Positions 19,407 to 29,447 of a DNA stretch of 64,000 nucleotides are shown here, piece by piece (the stretch's first letter is position 1; the number at the start of each line of letters is the position of its first letter). The translations under genes and the position numbers were made by a program. Below the pieces are notes generated by a model. It saw only the letters and a list, made by a program, of their open reading frames with translations, had not been told where the DNA came from and ran no database searches. This stretch comes from Eubacteriales Family XIII. Incertae Sedis bacterium (lineage in GTDB: Bacteria; Bacillota; Clostridia; Peptostreptococcales; Anaerovoracaceae), in NCBI GenBank assembly GCA_031266025.1, contig JAISBV010000105.1, positions 5,986 to 69,985 of the forward strand. Reading direction: 5' to 3'.

Positions 19407-22400
19407 ATGAATATGCAGGAGAAAAAAAAGAAAAAAAACCGCGGGCAATCGGTGCTGCGCAGGATAAGAACGCCATTCTTGGCCGTAATGTTCTTTCAGG
19501 TTGTGTTGGTTTACGGCATGTTCTATCTTCTTGACGTAACGAACGAGTTAAAAGAAGGCGCCGTGGATCTGCTCGTGGAAAAAACCGTTTCGCGAAGCGA
19601 GCAATTCGACAGGGATATGCCGAGACGCTGGGGTGATATAGGCGAATACGCGGATATGGTGACGGAAAATCTCGACGCTTTGCTTATTTCGTATGACAAA
19701 AATATCGAAGATTTTAGCGAGGACAGAATTCTCAGGGAGCGTCTTCTGACTTTGGTCGCGAGCGAGTTCGTGTACGTCTTGCACAAAAATAACGTAGCCG
19801 GCGTGTTCTTGGCGCTCGACGGCGGACAGACAGACCTTTCGGCAAAATCAGGACTTTATTTCCGTGATACGAATTCCGCCGTCGTTATGAACGACTATTC
19901 GGACATCGTAACGGTTCACGCGCCGGAAGAGATCGCGGATCGGATTGCGCTCGGTCGCGATGAGCGTTGGACACCCGGCTTTATAACGGACGACGACGAT
20001 CTGTGGTATAAGATGCCGTTTGACGCGGCGAAAAAATATCCCGCGCTTTCCGAAACAGATCTCGGTTATTGGTCCGTCGGTTTCGGTGATCGCGACGCAA
20101 TCTGTTTTTCTGTTCCGCTGCTTTATAAAGGCAGTCCGTACGGCGTTATGGGCGTAGTGCTCAATTCAGGCTTTACTAAGGCCATTTTGCTCGGTACGAC
20201 CTCTTTCACGAACGAAACAGGCTATATTCTCGCCATAGCCGAGCCGGGCGCGATTCCGGGCGAGTCGGTTTCGCCGTCGCTGCGTTTTTCGGTCGGCGCC
20301 GCGGACGGTTTTTACGCGAACGCCGTTATGCGCGAAAAAACGGATATACTGCTCATATCCGACGACGAATTCGACGGCTTGTATAAAGTCGGCGGGCTTG
20401 ACGGCGAAACGCCGCTGTACGCCGTCAAACGCGACGTGCGCGTCTACAACCCCGCCTCGCCGTTTGTGAACCGGCAATGGGCTGTTATCGGCATTCAGAG
20501 CGAGAACTCAATCTTCGGGTTTGCGCATCAGGTGAACACGCTGATGCTGATCGTCTTCATCGCGTTTCTTGTTATAGGCGTCGTCGGCATAATCATTGTG
20601 GCGCGGGTAGTCAGCGCGCCGATGGGCGCTTTGACGCGTCAACTCCGCGGCAAGGATCCGAACGCGGAGATTAAGCTTAACAGGCTTGGCATCAATGAAA
20701 TAGACGAGCTCTCGGAGGCCATAGAATACCTGAGTGTAAAGGTTGCGGACGCGAACAGGAAACTTGCGGATTTGCTTGAGCTGTCGGAAACGTCGTTGGC
20801 GGTTTTTGAATATCATAACAGAAACAATAACCGCATCATATACACGCGGCAATTTGCGGAACGCTTCGGGCTTGCGCAAACAGACAGAAAATCCATGAGA
20901 CTTCGCGAGTTCATGCAGCATATGCGCAGTCTCAAACCTGTTCGTGAATTCGAACCGGAGCGCCGCGGTAAAGCGAGCGAATGCATTATTCGCGTGAATT
21001 ACGGCGGGGTCGTCAGTTGGCTGCGGATCACCGATACGAAGGAAAGCGTGCGCCGCGCCGGCGTGATTACCGATGTGACGAGAGAAATAGCTGACCGCCG
21101 CCGTCTCGAATACGAGCGCGATTACGATATGCTTACGGACGTTTACAACAGGCGCGCCTTCCATGCCAAGATGTCCGTCTGCTTCAACGATCCGGCCGAA
21201 ATGGGCGTCGCGGCGATTATCATGCTCGATCTCGACAATCTTAAAACCCTGAACGATACTTACGGTCACGATTACGGCGACCGATATATACGCCTTACCG
21301 CCGATGTGTTGAAGAATTTCTCGTCCGAACGAACGGTGGTGGCGCGACTGGCGGGCGATGAATTTGTGGTGTTTTTTCACGGCTTCGACGACAAGGATCG
21401 CGTCAGGAGCATATGCGAGCACATAAAATCGGACATGAACCGCGCCTTCTTGGATTTGCCGGACGGCTCAGGAACGGCGGTTCAGATATCGGCGGGTATT
21501 GCTTGGTATCCCGATGATTCGGATATGGCCGAGGAATTGATGCGCTTTGCCGATTTTGCTATGTATATGGTCAAAAAGACGAACAAGGGCCAGTTCAGGG
21601 AGTTTGATTTCGGCGTATATAATAAGCACGCGTATCTGCTCTACAACAAAGGCGAGTTCGACGACATTATCGAAAATGAAAAGCTGCACTACACATTTCA
21701 GCCGATCGTGGACGCGGCGACAGGGGATATATTCGCATATGAGGCGCTCCTGCGCCCCGAGGGTGAGAATATACACAATCCGTCCGAATTCATTTCGTTG
21801 GCAAAGGCGCATTCGCGCTTAGAGCAGATCGAGTGCATCACGTTCCGCAAGGCTATGGAAGCTTTTTCTGTGTTGGATGTCGCGAAAGAAACCAATTGCA
21901 AGATATTCATCAATACGATCGCCAATCAAAAGATGCCGGATGATTTGGAGCAGATGTTCGAGGAGCGTTTCAGCGCGTTTCTGTCCCGCGTAGTCTGTGA
22001 AATAACGGAAAGCGAGCTGAGCAATGACAGCGTCATGCGGTACAAATTGAATAAAATGAGAGAACTTGGCATGGAACTGGCGCTCGATGATTTCGGCTCG
22101 GGTTATAACAGTGAAAGCACTATGCTCAAATATCCGCCGCAATATTTAAAGATAGACATGATGCTTATAAAGAATATACACGCGGACGCCGATCGGCAGT
22201 CACTGACGAAAAATTTGATCGAACACGGCAAAAAATTCGGTATACGCGTGCTTGCGGAGGGCGTAGAACTCAAGGAAGAGATGGAATATCTGATCAACGC
22301 GGGCATAGATTTGATGCAAGGCTTTTATCTGTGCCAGCCTATGGTCGTGCCCCCGCTTGAACTGCCGGAGATAAAGAGCGAAATCGCGGCCGTACGCGCG

Positions 22401-22409
22401 CGCCGCTGA
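19407..22409 (+). CDS. Membrane sensor diguanylate cyclase/phosphodiesterase (extracytoplasmic sensor, HAMP-like linker, GGDEF, EAL)
   Basis: Two TM segments flank an approximately 330-aa extracellular region. GGDEF domain with an AGDEF variant (RLAGDEFVVFF). EAL domain with YEALLRP, DDFGSGYNS, EGVE and QGFYLCQP. Confidence 0.85.
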   Translation: MNMQEKKKKKNRGQSVLRRIRTPFLAVMFFQVVLVYGMFYLLDVTNELKEGAVDLLVEKTVSRSEQFDRDMPRRWGDIGEYADMVTENLDALLISYDKNIEDFSEDRILRERLLTLVASEFVYVLHKNNVAGVFLALDGGQTDLSAKSGLYFRDTNSAVVMNDYSDIVTVHAPEEIADRIALGRDERWTPGFITDDDDLWYKMPFDAAKKYPALSETDLGYWSVGFGDRDAICFSVPLLYKGSPYGVMGVVLNSGFTKAILLGTTSFTNETGYILAIAEPGAIPGESVSPSLRFSVGAADGFYANAVMREKTDILLISDDEFDGLYKVGGLDGETPLYAVKRDVRVYNPASPFVNRQWAVIGIQSENSIFGFAHQVNTLMLIVFIAFLVIGVVGIIIVARVVSAPMGALTRQLRGKDPNAEIKLNRLGINEIDELSEAIEYLSVKVADANRKLADLLELSETSLAVFEYHNRNNNRIIYTRQFAERFGLAQTDRKSMRLREFMQHMRSLKPVREFEPERRGKASECIIRVNYGGVVSWLRITDTKESVRRAGVITDVTREIADRRRLEYERDYDMLTDVYNRRAFHAKMSVCFNDPAEMGVAAIIMLDLDNLKTLNDTYGHDYGDRYIRLTADVLKNFSSERTVVARLAGDEFVVFFHGFDDKDRVRSICEHIKSDMNRAFLDLPDGSGTAVQISAGIAWYPDDSDMAEELMRFADFAMYMVKKTNKGQFREFDFGVYNKHAYLLYNKGEFDDIIENEKLHYTFQPIVDAATGDIFAYEALLRPEGENIHNPSEFISLAKAHSRLEQIECITFRKAMEAFSVLDVAKETNCKIFINTIANQKMPDDLEQMFEERFSAFLSRVVCEITESELSNDSVMRYKLNKMRELGMELALDDFGSGYNSESTMLKYPPQYLKIDMMLIKNIHADADRQSLTKNLIEHGKKFGIRVLAEGVELKEEMEYLINAGIDLMQGFYLCQPMVVPPLELPEIKSEIAAVRARR

Positions 22410-22428
22410 CGCGCGCGCGGCCGATTCC

Positions 22429-23136
22429 TTACGCTACGGCTGTCTCAAGCGCTATGCGCATCATATTCGTGAACGTCTGCTCGCGTTCTTTTGCGGTGGT
22501 TTCCGCCCCTGTTATAAAGTCGTTGCTGATCGTCAGCACCGCAAGCGCGTTCACGCGATTGTACGCGGCGTTCATATAGAGCGCGGCGGCTTCCATTTCC
22601 ACGCAGAGCACGCCGAGCCGCGCCCATTTCTTCCACCAATCCGGCTCAAGCTCGTAGAACACGTCCCCTGTCAGTATATTGCCCGCGTGAACGGCGAGCC
22701 CGAGTCTGTCCGCCGCCTCCTTTGCCTTTAACAGCAAGGGCCAACTTGCCGTCGGCGCTAAATTTCCGTTCAGGTTGTATATGTGCGCGTAGTTTGAGTC
22801 CGTGGATGCCGACAGGCCCAGTACCACGTCCTTGACCTTGATATCTTCGTTTATTCCTCCGGCCGTTCCGACGCGAATCAGATTTTGCGCGCCGTATTCA
22901 GTGATCAATTCCCAAGAATAAATTCCTATGGACGGCGAGCCCATGCCCGTGCCTTGCACGGATACGGGAACGCCCTTGTAGACGCCCGTAAATCCCAACA
23001 TCCCGCGTATTTCATTGTAACACTTGGCGTTTTCGAGGAAATTTTCCGCTATGAATTTGGCGCGCAGCGGATCTCCCGGAAGAAGTACCGATTCCGCGAT
23101 ATCGTTCTTATTCGCGGCGTTGATATGAGCAGACAT
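22429..23136 (-). CDS. deoD: Purine nucleoside phosphorylase, DeoD type
   Basis: Start set at the internal ATG (23136) behind GAAAGGGAAA. MSAHINAANKNDIAESVLLPGDPLRAKFIAENFL..., GTGMGSPS and VEMEAAALY. Confidence 0.9.
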   Translation of the reverse strand: MSAHINAANKNDIAESVLLPGDPLRAKFIAENFLENAKCYNEIRGMLGFTGVYKGVPVSVQGTGMGSPSIGIYSWELITEYGAQNLIRVGTAGGINEDIKVKDVVLGLSASTDSNYAHIYNLNGNLAPTASWPLLLKAKEAADRLGLAVHAGNILTGDVFYELEPDWWKKWARLGVLCVEMEAAALYMNAAYNRVNALAVLTISNDFITGAETTAKEREQTFTNMMRIALETAVA

Positions 23137-23363
23137 ATTATTTCCCTTTCTTTTTGACGCCTGTAAGACATTGGTTCCGGCGTCCAAACGCTGTTTTCTT
23201 TCTCCAATATAACATCTTTGCGCTCCGATGTATAGTGATTTTGCGGTCGCGCGCGCGTCTTTAAAGCGCCTGAGAATTCTTTCGAAACTTTGCGGCCGAA
23301 ATTTTCGCATTGCGCGAAAACCCTTGTTCTGCTATTATTGTAGTTGAGACGAGGAGGCTCTTT

Positions 23364-23549
23364 ATGATTTATATTTGCGAAAATTGTCATTTTGTATTTG
23401 AGAGAACCGGTGAAATTCTTTATTGTCCCGACTGCGGAAAGCTTGATATACGCGAGACTTCCGAGGAAGAACAGGCCGCGTACGTTGAAACCCGCACAGA
23501 ATCCGTAACCGCTCAAGGGCGGAACCCGGACGGTTCGTTTAAAGAATAA
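23364..23549 (+). CDS. Small zinc-ribbon (rubredoxin-like) protein
   Basis: ATG behind GAGGAGG. CENC...CPDC four-cysteine knuckle pair. 61 aa. Confidence 0.55.
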   Translation: MIYICENCHFVFERTGEILYCPDCGKLDIRETSEEEQAAYVETRTESVTAQGRNPDGSFKE

Positions 23550-23595
23550 CGTCTTTTGGGTATTGCTTAGCATTCAAGGAAAATGTATAATTAAT

Positions 23596-23623
23596 AATAA
23601 ACAATAAACAATAAACAATAAAC
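23596..23623. repeat. Tandem heptamer (AATAAAC) x4
   Basis: Read directly. Lies in the intergenic leader of the 23669 gene. Confidence 0.9.
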
Positions 23624-23668
23624 TTTGTTTTCGGGCGGCGCGCAAGTTCTGCGGAAAGGAGCCGGTCA

Positions 23669-24847
23669 ATGGATATTGGCGCTCTATCAAAATTATCCAG
23701 CATTAAGAGGTTTTTAAAAGGCGGCACTATCATAAAAGAGGGCGACGTGAGCTCCGACGGCATGTATATAGTGTTGCAGGGAAGCGTAGGCACATTCAAG
23801 AATTACAGGAAGCTGAACGAGGTGCAGTTGTCCACGGTAGAAGCCGGAAATTTTTTCGGGGAAATGAGCCTTTTTCTCGGTAAAGGACGAACTTTTACCG
23901 CTGTTGCTCTTAGCGATGTGATTTCTCTTGAAATTGGCAGAACCAACGTTCTTGATGTGTTTTCGAAGCAACCCGAGATTACCTACGCGCTGATGCAGGG
24001 TCTATGTCAGCGGATAGACGCGTTGGATACATCGAATCAATTCCTGAATTCGGAATCGAAAAAAGATTCGGCGTCAAAGATGTCTATTTCCGGCAGCAGC
24101 CCTCTCTTTCCCGAAGAACACGGGAATTACATCCTGCACATAGACAATACGCCTTCGGAATTTCTGTTTGAGGACACCGTAAAATGTCCGATTTGCGGCC
24201 ATAAGTTCTCGAATTACGCGGTACTCGCTTCGAAGCTGCAGCAGGAGTCCAAGGATGAGGATCACCGCATACGCTACAAGGATGTGGAACCCATGTACTA
24301 CGAGGTGATAAGCTGCCCCAATTGCCTGTACAGCGCTATGGCGGATCTGTTCAAAGAGATAGAGGTGACGAAGCGCATGGTAGAAAGCCTTCACGATACC
24401 ATGGCGCCTTATATAGGCAATATCGAGATACATACAGGGGCGGAACGCGATACGTTCACGGTGTTCGCGAGCTATTATCTCGCGATACTCGGCGCTCCGC
24501 GATGTTTTTATGAGCCCCAGCGCATTACGGCGAGACTGTGGCGCAACCTTGGCAGGATATACGACGATTGCAGCGACGAAAACATGGCAAACTACGCCCT
24601 GCAGAAGTCGGTGGCGGATTATTTGTATTCATATTCGCACTTTGATATAGAAGGCAAGAATATGCAACAGCTTTGTTTCGTTATAGGAGAGCTCAAGTTC
24701 AGGCTCGGAGATTTGCTCAAGGCGCGCGAATTTTTGTATTCCGCTATGGTGAACAGGGAAGGTAATCCCGTTATCAAAAGGCAGGCGGAGGATAGATTGG
24801 AAACAGTTAAGGCTATGCTGAAGGACGGCGATAACAAAAAAGTATAG
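23669..24847 (+). CDS. Cyclic-nucleotide-binding domain protein fused to a DUF2225-like zinc-ribbon/helical-repeat domain
   Basis: cNMP-binding motif (FFGEMSLFLGKGRTFTAVA). CPICGHKF...CPNCLYSA zinc ribbon followed by a helical region. Confidence 0.7.
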   Translation: MDIGALSKLSSIKRFLKGGTIIKEGDVSSDGMYIVLQGSVGTFKNYRKLNEVQLSTVEAGNFFGEMSLFLGKGRTFTAVALSDVISLEIGRTNVLDVFSKQPEITYALMQGLCQRIDALDTSNQFLNSESKKDSASKMSISGSSPLFPEEHGNYILHIDNTPSEFLFEDTVKCPICGHKFSNYAVLASKLQQESKDEDHRIRYKDVEPMYYEVISCPNCLYSAMADLFKEIEVTKRMVESLHDTMAPYIGNIEIHTGAERDTFTVFASYYLAILGAPRCFYEPQRITARLWRNLGRIYDDCSDENMANYALQKSVADYLYSYSHFDIEGKNMQQLCFVIGELKFRLGDLLKAREFLYSAMVNREGNPVIKRQAEDRLETVKAMLKDGDNKKV

Positions 24848-24904
24848 CGACCGTCCGAACTGCTTTGCGGCGTTTGACTGCAGTTTCCAAGTGAGGCACT
24901 GTTT

Positions 24905-25510
24905 ATGTACCTGTATCTGTGCGCGCCGGCGGCAAGGGCGGACACTGAGCGCTTATTAACGGATGTTTTTTTTGACTACAGCGGACGTATCGGTTTGGGC
25001 CTGTCGCGGCGCGAGGCGGAATCCGCGCGGCGCGCGGCGGGGTCTTACGGCAAGCCGTATTTCACCGATATGCCGGATGTGCATTTTTCAATATCGCATT
25101 CGGGGCGGTTTTGGGCCTGTCTGATGACCGGCGCGGCGGTGGGTTTGGACGTCGAGGATATAACGGCGAGGCGCGAACGCGACGCCGGGCGTGAAATCGA
25201 CGCCGGAGAACGATATTTGAAAATAGCTCGCAGGTATTTCACAGACGACGAAAGACGCGAGACGGAGGATGCGGCCGCGCGCGGCCCGCACGAGCTTATA
25301 GCGCGTTTTTTTTTCGTTTGGACGAGAAAAGAGGCGTATGTGAAGTACACCGGGCGCGGTATGGGCGCCGGATTGGGCGAATTCTCGGTTCTTGACGGGG
25401 GGCTTGGCGTGTTTTTCGGCGAAGCGCGCGCGCATCCGAGCTTGGCGCTGTCATATTGCCGCGCGAAAGAAATGCCGATAAAGGAAATTATTTCCATCAA
25501 CGGCGTTTGA
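24905..25510 (+). CDS. Sfp-type 4'-phosphopantetheinyl transferase
   Basis: GKPYF, FSISHSG, GLDVEDI and WTRKEAYVKYTGRG motifs. Confidence 0.8.
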   Translation: MYLYLCAPAARADTERLLTDVFFDYSGRIGLGLSRREAESARRAAGSYGKPYFTDMPDVHFSISHSGRFWACLMTGAAVGLDVEDITARRERDAGREIDAGERYLKIARRYFTDDERRETEDAAARGPHELIARFFFVWTRKEAYVKYTGRGMGAGLGEFSVLDGGLGVFFGEARAHPSLALSYCRAKEMPIKEIISINGV

Positions 25511-25529
25511 TATATGAGGAGTGGGCGGC

Positions 25530-27686
25530 ATGCGCAGACTTAAAATAGGATTTACATCGACTACTGTTGATTTTTTTACGACGGCGCGCGACAAATCGAA
25601 TTTGGCGCTTTCGGATTTGACAGACGTCGCGGCGGCTGCCGTTTCCGGAGGGGATACGGATATCATACGTAAGATCATAGATTCTTGCATGGGTATCCCC
25701 ATATTCGTTTTTCTTGACGACGGAGAGGATGTTGACGCTTGGATCCGCGAAAAATCATTCAGGCTTGTGAAGTCGTCGCCCGAGCCTCGGACACTGATCG
25801 ACCGCGATATCGAGAACGCGGCTTTGCAATACGAAGCGCGCATGCTGCCGCCTTTCTTTGAAGCCCTGAACGATTATATGGAACTGAAAAACTTGCCTTT
25901 TGATTGTCCCGGGCATCAGGGCGGCGAATATTTTCTGAAGCATCCGGCGGGGAAATACTTCTACGATTTCTTCGGTGAAATGATATTCAGGGCGGATATC
26001 TGCAATGCGGACGTCGCGATGGGCGACCTGCTCATACACGAAGGCCCGGCCAGCGAGGCGACGCGGAACGCGGCAAAGGTGTTTAACGCGGATACCACAT
26101 ATTTCGTGCTGAACGGAACGAGTACGTCGAACGGCGTCGCGGTCTGCGCCGTCGTAACGCCCGGAGACTTGGTACTGTTCGACAGGAACAGTCACAAATC
26201 CGTCTACGACGCCGCGCTCGTAAAGGCGGGCGGCGTTCCCGTGTATTTGGAAACGGCCAGAAACCCGCTCGGCTTTATAGGCGGGATAGACGAGCATTGT
26301 TTCGATGAGAAATATCTTCGCGATAGGGTAAGAAGACTTGATCCCGAAAAGGCGGCCGCCGAGAGACCGTTCAAGTTGGCCGTTATACAGCTTGGCACAT
26401 ATGACGGATGCATTTACAGCGCGCGTTACGTACTGGACAGTATAGGCCGCCTGTGCGATTATATACTGTTCGACTCCGCGTGGGTAGGTTATGAGCAATT
26501 CATACCTATGATGCGCGACTGTTCGCCGCTGCTGCTTGATTTGACGGCCGATGATCCGGGAATACTCGTCACTCAATCCGTACATAAACAGCAGGCCGGA
26601 TTCTCGCAAGCGTCGTACATACACAAGAAGGATAAACATATCAGCGGGCAGAAGCGATATGTGGATCACAGACGATTCAACAGTTCATACAGACTATATG
26701 CGACTACCAGTCCTTTTTATCCGCTCTACGCTTCGCTTGACGTGAACGCGAGGGTGCAGGACAGGGCTTTGGGCAGGAAACTGTGGGCGGACTGCATCAA
26801 GACCGGTATTGAAACGCGGAAGACAATCTTCAGGGAGTGCAGTCTTTTGAGACCTTTTGTCCCGCCCGTTGTGAACGGCAAGCCTTGGGAATCATTCGAT
26901 ACCGACGTGATAGCGGGCAGCATTGACTTTTTCAGGTTCCGCCCGGGCGAGCGCTGGCACGCGTTTGAGGGCTACGGCGAGAATCAGTATTTTGTGGATC
27001 CCAACAAGCTCATGCTGACGACGCCCGGCATTGACGTCGAAACGGGAGATTATGAAAGCTTCGGTATTCCCGCTGTGATCCTGGCGAATTTTCTGCGGGA
27101 TAACCGCATCATTCCCGAGAAGAACGACTTCAATTCCATATTGTTTTTGATGACGCCGGCCGAGTCCCATGAAAAAATGGACGCTCTTGTTGCGCAGCTT
27201 ATCAGGTTTGAGCGGTTGATCAAGGAGGACGCGTCCCTCGGCGAAACCGCGCCGTATTTCTACAATAAATATATCGAACGATACAGGGGTTACACGATAG
27301 GAAGGCTTTGCGGCGAATTGCACGACTTCTACAGGCGGCACGACGCAAAGTCGCTGCAAAAGAAACTGTTTCGCGAGACGACGCTGCCGGAACAGTATTG
27401 CTCCGCTATGGAAGCGAATCACGCGCTTGTACGCAACGACGCGAAGCTCGTCAAAATAGAAGATATACTCGGCAAAGTCGCGCTTGAAGGCGCGCTCCCT
27501 TATCCGCCCGGCATATATTGCGTCGCGCCCGGCGAAAGGTGGAGCGACACGGCGAGACAGTATTTTCTTGTGCTTCAAGACGGCATCAACCGTTTTCCGG
27601 GTTTTTCGCCGGAGATTCACGGCGTATATATAGAACAGGAAAATGGGCGCGGTGTGGCTTACGGCTATGTTCTCGATGAAGACTGA
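25530..27686 (+). CDS. Large PLP-dependent Orn/Lys/Arg decarboxylase (fold type I, LdcI/AdiA/SpeF-like, with an N-terminal wing domain)
   Basis: FDCPGHQGG, FVLNGTSTSN and the PLP-lysine block SVHKQQAGFSQAS. About 720 aa. ATG 25530 lies 8 nt after GAGGAG; GTG 25521 is also possible. Confidence 0.85.
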   Translation: MRRLKIGFTSTTVDFFTTARDKSNLALSDLTDVAAAAVSGGDTDIIRKIIDSCMGIPIFVFLDDGEDVDAWIREKSFRLVKSSPEPRTLIDRDIENAALQYEARMLPPFFEALNDYMELKNLPFDCPGHQGGEYFLKHPAGKYFYDFFGEMIFRADICNADVAMGDLLIHEGPASEATRNAAKVFNADTTYFVLNGTSTSNGVAVCAVVTPGDLVLFDRNSHKSVYDAALVKAGGVPVYLETARNPLGFIGGIDEHCFDEKYLRDRVRRLDPEKAAAERPFKLAVIQLGTYDGCIYSARYVLDSIGRLCDYILFDSAWVGYEQFIPMMRDCSPLLLDLTADDPGILVTQSVHKQQAGFSQASYIHKKDKHISGQKRYVDHRRFNSSYRLYATTSPFYPLYASLDVNARVQDRALGRKLWADCIKTGIETRKTIFRECSLLRPFVPPVVNGKPWESFDTDVIAGSIDFFRFRPGERWHAFEGYGENQYFVDPNKLMLTTPGIDVETGDYESFGIPAVILANFLRDNRIIPEKNDFNSILFLMTPAESHEKMDALVAQLIRFERLIKEDASLGETAPYFYNKYIERYRGYTIGRLCGELHDFYRRHDAKSLQKKLFRETTLPEQYCSAMEANHALVRNDAKLVKIEDILGKVALEGALPYPPGIYCVAPGERWSDTARQYFLVLQDGINRFPGFSPEIHGVYIEQENGRGVAYGYVLDED

Positions 27687-27717
27687 TCGTGGCAAAGCGT
27701 AACAAAATTGGAGATTT

Positions 27718-29136
27718 ATGCTGTTTTCAAGTGTGACGTTTCTTTATTGTTTTCTGCCGGTCGTGCTGACCGTCTATTTTCTGACGCCCATGCCCGAAGG
27801 TTCCGCGAAGTTTCGCAACATAACGCTGCTTTTGTTCAGCGTTGTATTCTATGCTTTCGGAGAACCCGTCTATGTGTTTCTCATGCTGCTGCAGTCGCTT
27901 GCGGCCTGCCTTTTCGGCGCGCTGATCGAAAAATACAGGGGAGGGCCGGCGTCGTCCGCCGCGCTCGCGGCGTCCGTGATCGCCGGCATAGGGGGTCTCG
28001 CGATATTCAAGTATTCGGACTTCTTTATAAATAATATAAACGCGCTGTTCCATACCTCGGCGACGCCGCTCGGCCTATCGCTGCCTATAGGGATAAGTTT
28101 CTATACATTCCAAATATTAAGCTATACTATTGATCTTTATCGCGGCAAAATCGGAGTGCAGCGCAATCCGCTGACGTTCTCTGTCTATGTCGCGCTCTTC
28201 CCGCAATTGATCGCGGGGCCCATTGTGCGTTATGCCGACGTATCGGACGCGCTCGAGCGCCGCGAGCATTCACTCGCGCGTTTCGCCGCGGGCGCGCGGC
28301 GATTTGTGATCGGACTTGCCAAGAAGGTTCTGATAGCGAATACGCTCGGGGAACTTGCCGTAATCTGTGCGTCAGGCGATGAGCGCAGCGCGCTGTTCGC
28401 GTGGATGTATGCTGTAGCGTACACTCTGCACATATATTTCGACTTCTCGGGTTACAGCGACATGGCTATAGGTCTCGGACATGTATTTGGCTTCAATTTT
28501 CCGGAAAATTTCAACTATCCTTATATTTCGCGCAGCGTTACGGAGTTTTGGCGGCGTTGGCATATGTCGCTTTCGGCTTGGTTTCGCGACTATGTATACA
28601 TACCCTTGGGCGGCAATCGCGTACCCGCGGGCAGACATATACTGAACATACTGTTCGTTTGGCTGTTGACGGGATTTTGGCACGGCGCGGGATGGAATTT
28701 CATACTGTGGGGACTTTATTTCGGGCTGCTCCTGCTGTTTGAAAAATACGCGCTGTCCGGATTTTTGAAACGAATGCCGGCCTTTGCGGCACATGTTTGG
28801 CTGCTGCTCTGCGTTATCGTCGGTTGGGTACTGTTCGACGCGCCCGACGCGGCTTCAGCCGCGCATATGCTTTCGGCTATGTTCGGCGGCGGCGCGTCGG
28901 GTCTTGCCGGATCGGACGCATTGTACTATCTTCGCGGCTACGCCCTTCCTTTGTTCATTGCCGCAGTCGGCGCCTCGCCTCTCCCCGCCCGTTCGGTTCG
29001 GCGCCTTTCCCTTAGCGCGACGGGCGCGCGCTTCTTGCTTATCTTGGAACCGCTGTTCATTCTGCTTCTTATGGCGCTTATTACGGCCTTCCTTGTTGAC
29101 GGCTCGTATAACCCGTTCATATATTTCAGGTTTTAG
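27718..29136 (+). CDS. MBOAT-family membrane O-acyltransferase (AlgI/DltB-like)
   Basis: FYTFQILSYTIDLYRG, FWRRWHMSLSAWFRDYVYIPLGGNR and GFWHGAGWNF. Multi-pass membrane protein. Confidence 0.9.
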   Translation: MLFSSVTFLYCFLPVVLTVYFLTPMPEGSAKFRNITLLLFSVVFYAFGEPVYVFLMLLQSLAACLFGALIEKYRGGPASSAALAASVIAGIGGLAIFKYSDFFINNINALFHTSATPLGLSLPIGISFYTFQILSYTIDLYRGKIGVQRNPLTFSVYVALFPQLIAGPIVRYADVSDALERREHSLARFAAGARRFVIGLAKKVLIANTLGELAVICASGDERSALFAWMYAVAYTLHIYFDFSGYSDMAIGLGHVFGFNFPENFNYPYISRSVTEFWRRWHMSLSAWFRDYVYIPLGGNRVPAGRHILNILFVWLLTGFWHGAGWNFILWGLYFGLLLLFEKYALSGFLKRMPAFAAHVWLLLCVIVGWVLFDAPDAASAAHMLSAMFGGGASGLAGSDALYYLRGYALPLFIAAVGASPLPARSVRRLSLSATGARFLLILEPLFILLLMALITAFLVDGSYNPFIYFRF

Positions 29137-29204
29137 TAAGGGTTGTCTGCGTAATACAAAAATGAGCGCCCGTTCACGGGGTATTGATTAAAGATTTCAA
29201 TTAA

Positions 29205-29348
29205 AACTACTCAAACGCCGCGATTGTTTTGTTCAGATCGGGTTCTGAGACGGATTTTGACCCTCGGAACGTACAAAGCAGTACGTGAGAAGGCAAAAAT
29301 CCGAATCAGGTTCCGAGATGGGCAAAAATGGCGTGGCGTTTGAGTAGT
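29205..29348. repeat. About 144-bp palindromic MITE/REP-like element, family A, copy 2, inverted relative to copy 1
   Basis: Termini AACTACTCAAACGCC / GGCGTTTGAGTAGT. The interior is the near-identical reverse complement of 14956-15100. Confidence 0.85.
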
Positions 29349-29447
29349 CACCTTACAAAAATGTAATATTTCCGTAAGCTTATGAAATTGCCCTCTCTTT
29401 TGAACAGGGATAAAATACAGATATAATTACAGATTGGAGATGAGAGA

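Noticed and set aside
22429-23573. N-terminally extended deoD (293 aa) and the overlapping 174-aa minus-strand ORF
   Set aside because: The DeoD homology starts at MSAHIN (ATG 23136), which has a proper RBS. The upstream extension and the overlapping ORF lack motifs and cross the divergent zinc-ribbon gene region.
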